Source of the DNA: Pseudobdellovibrionaceae bacterium
GTDB taxonomy: Bacteria; Bdellovibrionota; Bdellovibrionia; Bdellovibrionales; UBA1609
NCBI GenBank assembly: GCA_030591685.1
Contig: JAUVAX010000004.1
Span: forward strand, 1 to 40,229
Direction of reading: 5' to 3'
DNA length: 40,229 bases
Shown: positions 17,501-26,225 of the stretch, in pieces
Layout: every line of letters starts with the position of its first letter
Position numbering within the stretch: position 1 is the first letter of the stretch
The notes under the pieces: model-generated
Databases searched by the model: none
What the model saw: only the letters and a program-made list of their open reading frames with translations
Told to the model about the DNA's origin: nothing
Translations under genes and position numbers: made by a program

Positions 17501-18309
17501 ATGGATCTATATAGCTTTAGTAATTACAAAGAGTTCACCTTAAAGTGGATTAAATCTCAGCCTAAAAAGGGCTATGGGCAGCTCCGAAAACTAGCACAAC
17601 ACTTAGACATTAATGCCGTAATTGTCACTCAGGTCTTCAACGGCCCCCGTAACCTGTCTGTTGAGCAGGCCTTTGATGCCACATCATTTTTTGGCCTCAA
17701 TGAGTTAGAGTCCGATTACTACTTACTACTCGTTCAACATGAAAGGGCCGGCAATTATCGCCTGCAAGATAATTTTGCAAAAAAAATTAAGGAGCTAAAA
17801 ACTAAAGCTACTAAAATAAAGTCTCGACTCCCCAAAAATAAGCAAGAGCTCTCGTTTGAAACAAAGGCCCTTTTTTACTCTGACTGGTTCTATAGTGGCA
17901 TTCGATTGATAACAGCAATTGATGGTTTTAACTCCCCTGAGGCCATTGCAAATTATTTTTACCTACCTGTAAGAAAAGTTCGAGAGGTTTTAGATTTTTT
18001 AACTGAAAACAACCTCTGTATTGAGAAAAAAACAAATACTCCATCTTAAACAACTCAACGCATGTTGATGCAAGGTCGCCTCTTGTTTCAAGGCACCATA
18101 AAAATTGGCGACAAAAATCTTCAGAAAAATCAGAGGCCCAAGATCAAAATGACTTATTTTTTACAGGCCCCATGGTCATCGACCAAAAAACTATGGAGGA
18201 TATTAAAGCTAACATATTGTTGCTCATCCAAGAATCTACAAAAAAATCCTCCAAAGCCCCTTGTCAAATGTTGGCTTGCTTAAATATAGATTTTTTTAGC
18301 GTAAAATAA
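17501..18309 (+). pseudogene. DUF4423/TIGR02147-like regulator with a 1-nt frameshift in an A7 run (18026-18032)
   Basis: Frame 1 (YKEF...PKKGYGQLRKLA...FYSDWFYSGIRL) stops at 18049. The -1 frame continues NKYSILNNSTHVDARSPLVSRHHKNWRQ...LFFTGPMVID...LACLNIDFFSVK* (TAA at 18307-18309), a typical DUF4423 C-terminus. A8 restores a 269-aa ORF. Confidence 0.85.
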
Positions 18310-18440
18310 TATGTAGCTGGTCAATCAGTTTATAAAAACAACCTCAGTAAGAAAAGGTGGTTAGTTAAGGGTGACGGGGTTAGCTCAGCACCCTATTTGA
18401 AACCGCTAAGTAAAAACTTTCACAGCACTGAGCCAACTTT

Positions 18441-20234
18441 CTAAAACGAATTAAGTTTTAAGTAGTACTCTTGTTGGGCTGTGGCTTGGGTTTCAAACAT
18501 TTTAAGGCCTGAGGTGTAATGAGCCTTTGTTTTTTGGGCGTACTCTATCCCAGGTGAGTCGGCTGTATAATTGAGGTCAATGACCTTACTTGGGCGCCAG
18601 TTCTCAGGGGGCCAGTGACAGCCGCTCATTTGAGATCGCCCTATGGCCCAAATAATTATATCGGGGCTAAACGTGGGGGCGTTTTGTGCACCACCTCTTA
18701 ATTGCCCCGTTCGGGCCGAATAGGCGCACGCTTGTGGTAGCTCCCCTAAAATAGCGGACAAAGTACCCCCGCCACCCCAAACCGCCACAGAGCGACCCTT
18801 CGCTCCTGAGAGCAAAACCTTAAGCCCCTCTACATCTGTGTTTGTAGCAAAGCTACCAGTCCTTGTAAATACAGCGGTGTTTACTGACTTTAACTTTTTA
18901 CTCACAGGTGTTAAGCCACATCCGGCCTCTGATAAAAGGTCGTACATTTTATTTTTTAAAGGCGAGGTGACGGCTAAAAAACTTAAACCCATTTCTTTTA
19001 ATTCGCTTAAGAGATCAATACTTAATTCGTCCTTTGCACACTGAATGGCAACAACAGAAGTATCGCGATTTTCAAAAAATATTTTATGCTCAATAGGAGT
19101 ACGACTGTGAAAAATAGGGTCCCCAATCACGGCACCAAAAGAAAAGTGATTGGGTTTAAAGTTAATAATATCAAAAAATGTGGGCTGATCTAAAGCTGAG
19201 CCTTGACCCTCGCGCATGTAATTTAAGGGCATTTTCATAGAGAATATTTTACGATACCAATTAAAGCGCCCCTCTTGACTGCGGGGGAGAAAACTTCGAC
19301 TCTCCCTCTCTTTAAACCACCATTTGTGCCAAAAAAGCAACGAACTTAAGTTCTCTAAAAGTAACGAGAGCTTTATTTGAAACCCCTTTTTCTCAAACCG
19401 CTCTAATTTTTTAATTAACTGCTCCGGGGTCAGATCGTCAAGCTTATGAAGGGACAAGAAACCCTTTTTCTTAAAAGGCGGCTCTCCTAGCTCAAGGGCC
19501 CAGTCATATTTATAACCCTGTTTATTAATTAACTCGCATAAAAATGAGTTTTCTTTTCGCACACTAAGCAGCACACTCTCTTTTGGTATTTTTTTAAGGC
19601 AGTCTTCTATTTGCCCCCTAGTGAGTAAGTCATCGCGCAGCTCAAAATATTTTATATTTAAATCTAAGTACACCTTAAAGCGGTCAAAGTTTTTACTTTT
19701 TAACATTTCAGGCAACACAGTTATACTAAAGCTGGCATCGGTGTGTGTTTTTTTAAGCCCTAAATTATAAATCAACAGTGGGGCAAAGTTGTAATCGCTC
19801 TCAGGTAATGTGATTTGAAGGTCTGAGGTGTTCTTATACCTTAACTCTCTTTCGTTAAAACGAGACTGGTACTCCTCTAGGGCTGAGACGTTTGGGTTCA
19901 AGCGGGGTCTGTTTAAAAATATTCGACCCATTTTATCTGTCGGCCTTCTTACCCAAATAACAATAAAGTCGTCAGGTATTTCAGTCTGAAACCCAGCACC
20001 ACAAGATATTATTATGTTTTCACGGCCCACCGCCAAGCCGTGAAAGGCCTCGCTTTCTAGTTTTCTAAACTCTGCCTCTCCTGAGTTTAGAAAAATGTCT
20101 TCTATTTTTATATTATTTATGCTTTCAATTTCAGCGTCTAAGTCAAAACAAGTAAAACCTTCAAGTTCACTTTTTAATTGATTTACAAGAGTTGTTTTAC
20201 CCACCCCCCTATGGCCAATCAAAGCTAGTTTCAT
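18441..20234 (-). CDS. Trifunctional shikimate kinase / type I 3-dehydroquinase / shikimate dehydrogenase (AroK-AroD-AroE)
   Basis: AroK: GHRGVGKTT, DLDAEIE, GEAEFRKLE, RPRL. AroD-I-like: FELRDD, LSVR, YDW, LSLH, IKL, SALDQ. AroE: VIGDPIFHSRTP..H, VTSPLK, SVNT, NTDVEG, GGGGT, DLNY, GLKMFETQA..Q. Confidence 0.85.
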   Translation of the reverse strand: MKLALIGHRGVGKTTLVNQLKSELEGFTCFDLDAEIESINNIKIEDIFLNSGEAEFRKLESEAFHGLAVGRENIIISCGAGFQTEIPDDFIVIWVRRPTDKMGRIFLNRPRLNPNVSALEEYQSRFNERELRYKNTSDLQITLPESDYNFAPLLIYNLGLKKTHTDASFSITVLPEMLKSKNFDRFKVYLDLNIKYFELRDDLLTRGQIEDCLKKIPKESVLLSVRKENSFLCELINKQGYKYDWALELGEPPFKKKGFLSLHKLDDLTPEQLIKKLERFEKKGFQIKLSLLLENLSSLLFWHKWWFKERESRSFLPRSQEGRFNWYRKIFSMKMPLNYMREGQGSALDQPTFFDIINFKPNHFSFGAVIGDPIFHSRTPIEHKIFFENRDTSVVAIQCAKDELSIDLLSELKEMGLSFLAVTSPLKNKMYDLLSEAGCGLTPVSKKLKSVNTAVFTRTGSFATNTDVEGLKVLLSGAKGRSVAVWGGGGTLSAILGELPQACAYSARTGQLRGGAQNAPTFSPDIIIWAIGRSQMSGCHWPPENWRPSKVIDLNYTADSPGIEYAQKTKAHYTSGLKMFETQATAQQEYYLKLNSF

Positions 20235-21427
20235 ACACTAACACCAATGGATTGGAAAAACTCAGGGAAGCTTTTGTTAACCACCTCAGGGTCCACGAGA
20301 TCAATTCGAACTCCGCCAGTCATTAGTAACCCCGCCGCCATCGCTAGGCGGTGATCCTCATCAGGGTCAAATTTAAAAGTATCTGTTGAAAATTGCGTGG
20401 GGCCTTGGATTTCCATACCGTCGTCTAAAATTTTGATATTAGCCCCTGCTAGCCTGAGAAGTTCTGCTGTTTTTTTTATTCGATCCGACTCTTTATGTTT
20501 TAAATGAGCGGCCCCGTAAAGGCGACTTCTGCCATGAGCAAAACAACAAAGACTCGCTAGCACTGGGAACAAATCTGGTGAGTCATTTAAATCCACCTCA
20601 ACGGCCTTAAGTTCGCCTGATTTTTTAACAGTTAACTTTTGACTTGAGGTACTCACACCTACCCCCATCCTTGTTAAAATATTAACAAACACACTGTCGG
20701 GCTGTAGGCTTTTTTCAGGGATGCCTAGTAAAATAGCCTCACCAGAAATGGCCGCCACACTCGCCACTGCAAAAGCACTACTCATATCGGGCTCAATAGA
20801 GATTTTATGAGTATTGATCTGCTGCTTAGGGGGGACATATATTTCATTTTCTCGCCAAGTCAAATTCATACCCAGCTGTTTTAATAGCTTTACAGTCATT
20901 TTCAAATAAGACTTAGAGTTTAAATCAGCAGGCAATGACATATAAATTTCAAAGGGCAAACTCCATGCACTTAAAAGTACGCCCGAGGCAAATTGACTAG
21001 AAACATTAGAGGTCAAGTGCAGGGCATCGCCCATAAGGTGCCAACCATCTGTTTTAATAATGAGCCGGTCCTCTTTAAGTTCACAAATAGACCCCAACTG
21101 CCCCAGAACTGTAATTAATGGCCCCTGGGGCCTAGAAAAAAGTCGACGACTGCCCTTAAGAACAAACACGCCCTTTTCTTTAGCCAAACGAGGGGCTAAG
21201 AACCTTAGTACCGTCCCTGCGTGGCCACAGTCAAATTCAGCCTCCAACAAAGGGGCTCCCTGAGCTTTTTTAAAATTTAAACCTTTAACGTTTTTTTCCA
21301 TTAAAACAACATCGTCACACTGGGACTTACCGTCGACCTCTAACTCAGGAAAGTGGCTTTGAACAATCAAAGCCCTGTTCATTAACGACTTACTTGCCGG
21401 AAGACGTCCCATAAAAGAAAAACTCAT
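20231..21427 (-). CDS. aroA: EPSP synthase
   Basis: ASKS..NRALI, GHAGT..RF, SSQFASG, EPDMSSA, KESDR, DHRLAMA, KSFPEF. The ATG at 21427 forms an ATGA overlap with the aroB stop. Confidence 0.95.
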   Translation of the reverse strand: MSFSFMGRLPASKSLMNRALIVQSHFPELEVDGKSQCDDVVLMEKNVKGLNFKKAQGAPLLEAEFDCGHAGTVLRFLAPRLAKEKGVFVLKGSRRLFSRPQGPLITVLGQLGSICELKEDRLIIKTDGWHLMGDALHLTSNVSSQFASGVLLSAWSLPFEIYMSLPADLNSKSYLKMTVKLLKQLGMNLTWRENEIYVPPKQQINTHKISIEPDMSSAFAVASVAAISGEAILLGIPEKSLQPDSVFVNILTRMGVGVSTSSQKLTVKKSGELKAVEVDLNDSPDLFPVLASLCCFAHGRSRLYGAAHLKHKESDRIKKTAELLRLAGANIKILDDGMEIQGPTQFSTDTFKFDPDEDHRLAMAAGLLMTGGVRIDLVDPEVVNKSFPEFFQSIGVSV

Positions 21428-22476
21428 TTTTTGACCCACTTTGTTTTTTGAGCCGCCGCCAATATTGACTTAAAGCTCACTGGCTTCACCAACACTTGCC
21501 CAGGCGATTTTAACAAAACAAAATTGACCCTTGTTTTAGAGGTCACTTTTTTGTCCGTCTTTATAATTTTTAAAAACTCTGCCGCAGGCATTTTAGATTT
21601 ACCCATAAATGTTAAATTAAATTTAGAGCTCATAAAGTCGACTATGTTTTTATAACTTTTTTGACTGAGCACCCCTTCGCGATTAGACACCTCAAGAGCC
21701 ACCATTAACCCCTGCATAACGGCCTCACCGTGGGGGCAGCGATAATAACTTTCAATGACATGCCCTACTGTGTGCCCTAAATTTAAAACCTCACGGAGGC
21801 CTTTTAGCTCATAGGGGTCCTTTAAAACAACTTTATATTTAATATCTATGGCCTGTGGTAAGAACTTCCACAGTTGCTTTTCACCAGACAATGAACTTTT
21901 ACTTACCGCCTCAAATAATTTTTTATTTAACAAACAATATTTAGAAAACTCACCCATAGCCGATTGGGCTAATGCTTTGGGCTGAGTCTGTAATAAGCTT
22001 TTAACAATAAATACTTTTTTTGCTGGATAAAAAGTACCCACCTGATTTTTATGTCCGGTTAGGTTTAATGCACTTTTACCGCCGTGAGCAGAGTCTAAAG
22101 CCGCCAGCCATGTCGAGGGGATATGTATTAACCCAACGCCTCTTTTATAAATGCTTGCTAAAAACCCCGCAAAGTCACCTGTGCTACCTCCACCAATGGC
22201 GACAAAACAAATATTCTTTCTTGAGACTGGTGGTAGTAACTTTGAAATTTTACAAAGCTCAGCCTCGGCCGAAGAAAATGACTTTAAACCCTCGCCCGCT
22301 TTTAATTTAATTGTAAATTCATACCTTTTAAGCCATGTATTAAAAAACTCGTGTTTGTTTAAAACAGAATCATACAATAATACTGGGGTTTTAAAGCCTG
22401 TGAGTTTTAGTAGGTCACTTTTAGAGGGTAATTTGTTTTTATACTCAACTTGAGATGAAAAATGAACTAAAGCCAT
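21424..22476 (-). CDS. aroB: 3-dehydroquinate synthase
   Basis: GEGLKS, GGGSTGDFAGF..SIYKRGV, IPSTWLA.LDS..GGK, KNQVGTF, LNLGHTVGHVIE, HGEAV, DKK. Confidence 0.95.
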   Translation of the reverse strand: MALVHFSSQVEYKNKLPSKSDLLKLTGFKTPVLLYDSVLNKHEFFNTWLKRYEFTIKLKAGEGLKSFSSAEAELCKISKLLPPVSRKNICFVAIGGGSTGDFAGFLASIYKRGVGLIHIPSTWLAALDSAHGGKSALNLTGHKNQVGTFYPAKKVFIVKSLLQTQPKALAQSAMGEFSKYCLLNKKLFEAVSKSSLSGEKQLWKFLPQAIDIKYKVVLKDPYELKGLREVLNLGHTVGHVIESYYRCPHGEAVMQGLMVALEVSNREGVLSQKSYKNIVDFMSSKFNLTFMGKSKMPAAEFLKIIKTDKKVTSKTRVNFVLLKSPGQVLVKPVSFKSILAAAQKTKWVKK

Positions 22477-22483
22477 AAAATTT

Positions 22484-23338
22484 TTACCTTAGCTTTGGAT
22501 CTAATATATCCCTCAACCCATCGCCTAATATATTAAACGTTAACACAGCAATTAGTATACACACGCCAGGCATTGTAACAAGCCAGGGCGCGGTTTCTAT
22601 ATAAGACCGAGCATCGGCAAGCATGGTCCCCCACTCAGAGGTGGGCGCCTGGGCCCCAAGGCCTAAAAACCCCAGTGCTGCAATATTTAATATACCGTCA
22701 CTAAACCCCAGGGTGGCCTGTACAATAATGGGGGCTGCAACGTTTGGTAAAATATTAATAAACACTTGTCTTAAGTGACTGGCCCCAAAGTTTTGGCCGG
22801 CGACGACATAAAGAGCATGTTTTTCAGCCATAACACTCGCCCTAACAATTCTAATAAATGCAGGCAATGCCATAACACTCACCGCAATCACCCCGTTTAT
22901 TAGACTTGGGCCTAATATTGAAACAATCACAATAGCTAACAAAATACTCGGCATGGACATTAATACGTCCACTATACGCATTATTAATGAGTCCACCCAG
23001 CCCCCTGCATAGCCAGAGATCACCCCCAAAACAAGCCCAACACTTAAAGCTAAAATAACAACAAGCGCCCCTACCCCTAAAGACACACGAGCCCCGTAAA
23101 TAAGCCGAGATAATTGATCTCGACCTAAATCGTCAGTGCCTAGTAAAAATTTAAACTCACCGCCGTCTAACCAAAAAGGTGGGAGTTTTAATTGCCCATC
23201 AAAAATTTGTGTTGGGTCAAAAGGCGCAATAAATGGAGCAAAGAGGGCAAAAAAACATAATACACCCAGAAGGGCTAAACTAATTTTAGCGCCAGTGTTT
23301 CGTTTTAATTTTTTTAAGAACTCTTTATACTGGGTCAT
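22484..23338 (-). CDS. dppC: Dipeptide ABC transporter permease DppC
   Basis: LLGTDDLGRD.LSRLIYGARVSL, ILPNV.APIIVQAT, GFLGLGAQAPTSEWG, GDGLRD.LDPK. Confidence 0.92.
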   Translation of the reverse strand: MTQYKEFLKKLKRNTGAKISLALLGVLCFFALFAPFIAPFDPTQIFDGQLKLPPFWLDGGEFKFLLGTDDLGRDQLSRLIYGARVSLGVGALVVILALSVGLVLGVISGYAGGWVDSLIMRIVDVLMSMPSILLAIVIVSILGPSLINGVIAVSVMALPAFIRIVRASVMAEKHALYVVAGQNFGASHLRQVFINILPNVAAPIIVQATLGFSDGILNIAALGFLGLGAQAPTSEWGTMLADARSYIETAPWLVTMPGVCILIAVLTFNILGDGLRDILDPKLR

Positions 23339-23341
23339 TAA

Positions 23342-24352
23342 CTATGAGTCCCTCAACTTTGGGTCAATCCATACATATAATAAATCAACAATCATGTTCA
23401 CAAAAATAACTACAAAGGCAATCAACATGACCCCACCCTGAATCACCGGGTAATCCCTAGAGGTTACAGAGGCCACAATCCAGCGCCCTATACCCGGCCA
23501 GGCAAAAATAGTTTCAGTTAAAATAGCACCGGTTAAAATAGTCCCAAACATTAAACCAATCACGGTAACAACGGGTATTAATGCGTTTCTAAAAGCATGC
23601 TTAATCACAATGGTGTAAAAGCTTAAACCCTTAGCCTTAGCCGTTCTAATGTAATCTTTTTTTAAAACCTCTAATAAACCAGATCTTGTCATTCGAGCAA
23701 TGGCCGCCATGGGGATGGTCCCCAATACAACCGAGGGCAAAATGAGGTGTTTCAGCGAACTCACAAAAGCCCCCCACCCTTCAGGGCTTTTTAAACTATC
23801 AATCAACATAAAGCCCGTAACAGGGTCCACATCAAAAAAAGGGCTAATTCGACCAGAGACAGGGGTCCACCCTAGGCCCACTGAAAAAACCAATATAAGC
23901 ATTAAGCCCCACCAAAAAATAGGCATTGAATAACCCACAAGAGCCCCACTCATAAGAAAATAGTCAAAAAATGTTTTTCTTTTAATTGCCGCAACAACAC
24001 CCAATGGGATGCCTATGATAATAGACCAAAACATAGCTAAAAACCCAAGTTCAACAGTGGCCGGAAAGCGGCTTATAAACTCATCAAAAACAGGTTTTTT
24101 AGAAACTATCGACACCCCAAAGTCACCCTTTGCAGCATTAGATAAAAAATAAAAATACTGCTCTATAACGGGCTTATCGAGACCTAATTTTTGTTGAATA
24201 TCAATATACATTTCTTTTGAAACACCCCGTTCACCAAGTAAGAGCAAAATAGGGTCACCAGGCACTAAGCGAATTAATGAAAAAGCTAATATGGACACCC
24301 CAATAAGAGTTGGGATGGCTATTAGAATTCTTTGCGCCACTATTTTAAACAC
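23342..24352 (-). CDS. dppB: Dipeptide ABC transporter permease DppB
   Basis: PGDP, RFPATVEL, SMPIFWWG, DYIRTAKAKGL, HAFRNALIP, RDYPVIQG. Confidence 0.93.
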   Translation of the reverse strand: MFKIVAQRILIAIPTLIGVSILAFSLIRLVPGDPILLLLGERGVSKEMYIDIQQKLGLDKPVIEQYFYFLSNAAKGDFGVSIVSKKPVFDEFISRFPATVELGFLAMFWSIIIGIPLGVVAAIKRKTFFDYFLMSGALVGYSMPIFWWGLMLILVFSVGLGWTPVSGRISPFFDVDPVTGFMLIDSLKSPEGWGAFVSSLKHLILPSVVLGTIPMAAIARMTRSGLLEVLKKDYIRTAKAKGLSFYTIVIKHAFRNALIPVVTVIGLMFGTILTGAILTETIFAWPGIGRWIVASVTSRDYPVIQGGVMLIAFVVIFVNMIVDLLYVWIDPKLRDS

Positions 24353-24354
24353 TT

Positions 24355-25944
24355 TTATTTAAACTCTATGGGGTAAAAGTTCTCTGTCCCCAGAGGCGAT
24401 TGTATATAACCATATACATTGCTTCTCATCGCCTTAAAAGTAATAGAGTGGGCAATGGGTACCCAAGGCAACTCCCTTTTAAAAATGACCTGAAGCTCTT
24501 TGTAAATTTTAGATCTTTGACCCACGTTAGAGACCTGCTTTGCTTTTATAATTAAAGCTGAAAATTTATTATTACACCATCTGGCTGCATTAGAGCCTGG
24601 CTCAACAGCGGCACAAGAGAGCAGAACACCTAAAAAATTATCGGGGTCACCATTGTCGCCCGTCCAACCCAACTGAACTAAATCATGCTCACCTTTATTG
24701 ATTTTAGCTAAATATGTAGGCCAATCATAAGTTACAAGGTTTACCTTTATACCCACTCTTGCTAAATCTGACTGCATGAGTTCGCCCATTTTTTTACCAT
24801 TAGGGTTGTAGGGCCTCGTTATTGGCAAAGTCCAAAGCGTTGTTTCAAAGCCCTTTGGGTAGCCGGCTTTTTTAAGCAAAGCTTTTGCTTTTTTTATATT
24901 ATACTCATACTTTCGTAAACCCGAATGATACCCCCAAATAACCGGAGGCAGTGGGCTTTCAGCAACACTCGCATAACCAAGATATATGGCCTCTATATAG
25001 GACTTTCTATTAAGGGCATGGTAAATGGCCCTTCTCACAAGTAGTTTTTTAAATGGTATTTTTTGTGTGTTAAAGGCCAAATAGCCCACATTCATACCTG
25101 GTCTTTGTAGCAACTTAATTTTTTTATGAGCCCTCATGCCCTCTAAATCAGTGGGCGACGTTTGGCCTACAAAATGACATTCACCTGTTTTTAGCTTTTG
25201 AAACCTCACGTTGGCGTCTGGGGTGATTGCAAAAACCAATTTTTTAATTTTAGATGGACCTTCAAAATAGTTTTTATGACTTTCATAGCGAACAAGGGTG
25301 TCTTTAATATACCTTTTAAAAACAAAAGGCCCCGTCCCTATAGGCTCGTTATCAATTTTGTCTTTAGAGCCGGAAGCCTCTAACTGATCGGCGTATTCTT
25401 TAGAGAGTATGCTAGCAAAATCCATGGCAAGGTTAGCAATAAAAGGGGCTTCCTTTCTAGATAAAATAAACTTAACAGTGTAGTTATCGACCTTAATTAT
25501 ATCTTTAATTATTTTGTCCATCTCCATGGACTTAAAGTATTCATAAGTCCCACCACTAACTAAATGATAAGGGTGCGCCTCATCCCGTTGACGATTAAAG
25601 GTAAATAAAACATCATCTGCATTAAACTCCCTTGAAGGGGTAAAGTCTTTTGTTTGGTGAAACTTCACCCCACGGCGCAAGTAAAAGGAGTACTCTAAAC
25701 CATCATCAGAAATATCCCAGCTTTCAGCTAAAGAGGGCTTAACCTCAGTGGTGCCGGGCTTAAAGGCGATAAGACGGTTGTAAATAGGCTGTGAGCTGGC
25801 GTTAAAAGTAGCTCCATCGGTGGCCAGTTGAGGGTTAAATATACTAGGGCTTCCCTCAGCACAAAAAACAAAGGTCCCCTTGTTTTTTGCAGGGGTGCAG
25901 GCGGCCAAAACACAAAGAGTAATAATCCCAAAAAAATACTTCAA
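24355..25944 (-). CDS. dppA: Dipeptide ABC transporter substrate-binding lipoprotein DppA
   Basis: AGGAG SD, TTG start, lipobox LAAC. FCAEGSP..FNPQL, PIGTGPF, RPYNPN, GWTGDNGDPDNF. Confidence 0.93.
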   Translation of the reverse strand: MKYFFGIITLCVLAACTPAKNKGTFVFCAEGSPSIFNPQLATDGATFNASSQPIYNRLIAFKPGTTEVKPSLAESWDISDDGLEYSFYLRRGVKFHQTKDFTPSREFNADDVLFTFNRQRDEAHPYHLVSGGTYEYFKSMEMDKIIKDIIKVDNYTVKFILSRKEAPFIANLAMDFASILSKEYADQLEASGSKDKIDNEPIGTGPFVFKRYIKDTLVRYESHKNYFEGPSKIKKLVFAITPDANVRFQKLKTGECHFVGQTSPTDLEGMRAHKKIKLLQRPGMNVGYLAFNTQKIPFKKLLVRRAIYHALNRKSYIEAIYLGYASVAESPLPPVIWGYHSGLRKYEYNIKKAKALLKKAGYPKGFETTLWTLPITRPYNPNGKKMGELMQSDLARVGIKVNLVTYDWPTYLAKINKGEHDLVQLGWTGDNGDPDNFLGVLLSCAAVEPGSNAARWCNNKFSALIIKAKQVSNVGQRSKIYKELQVIFKRELPWVPIAHSITFKAMRSNVYGYIQSPLGTENFYPIEFK

Positions 25945-26060
25945 CTAACGTCTCCTTACTTAATATCTCATAATAAAACTAATCTGACATTTTTACTCGT
26001 TTTTGAGCTCAGAAACACGCTGCATATAGACGGCTAATGGAGGGCCTTAGAGCTTGAAAT

Positions 26061-26186
26061 AGACCTGAGGCCTTCTCATTTTGAGACACTAGGCCTGGCC
26101 CCAGAGACACAGGCTAACTATCTAATACTACTAAGTAAATATATAATTTAATTAATAACTGCAACCTTTACAGGCACTCATTTAGT
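26061..26186 (+). promoter_or_regulatory. Phased direct repeats, AT-rich tract and sigma54-like element upstream of the HPF-like gene
   Basis: AGACCTGAGGC (26061), AGACACTAGGC (26084), AGACACAGGC (26105); palindrome TCTCA-TTT-TGAGA (26074-26086); AGGCACTCATTTAGT (26172-26186, GG-N10-GT). Confidence 0.35.
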
Positions 26187-26225
26187 ACACATGTTAAAAT
26201 AGGATATGTACCAAAGGAGGAGATT

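Noticed and set aside
18062..18283. 73-aa ORF as a separate gene
   Set aside because: Wrong frame; the DUF4423 C-terminus is in another frame ending at 18309.
18368..18394. tRNA-like 5' string GGGGTTAGCTCAGC inside an AGGGTG...CACCCT hairpin at the block edge
   Set aside because: No anticodon arm, T-arm (GTTC) or acceptor complement follows; more likely a weak hairpin between convergent genes.
21424..21450. Programmed frameshift fusing aroB to aroA at A6 runs
   Set aside because: No canonical X_XXY_YYZ heptamer in the aroB frame; ATGA coupling is sufficient explanation.
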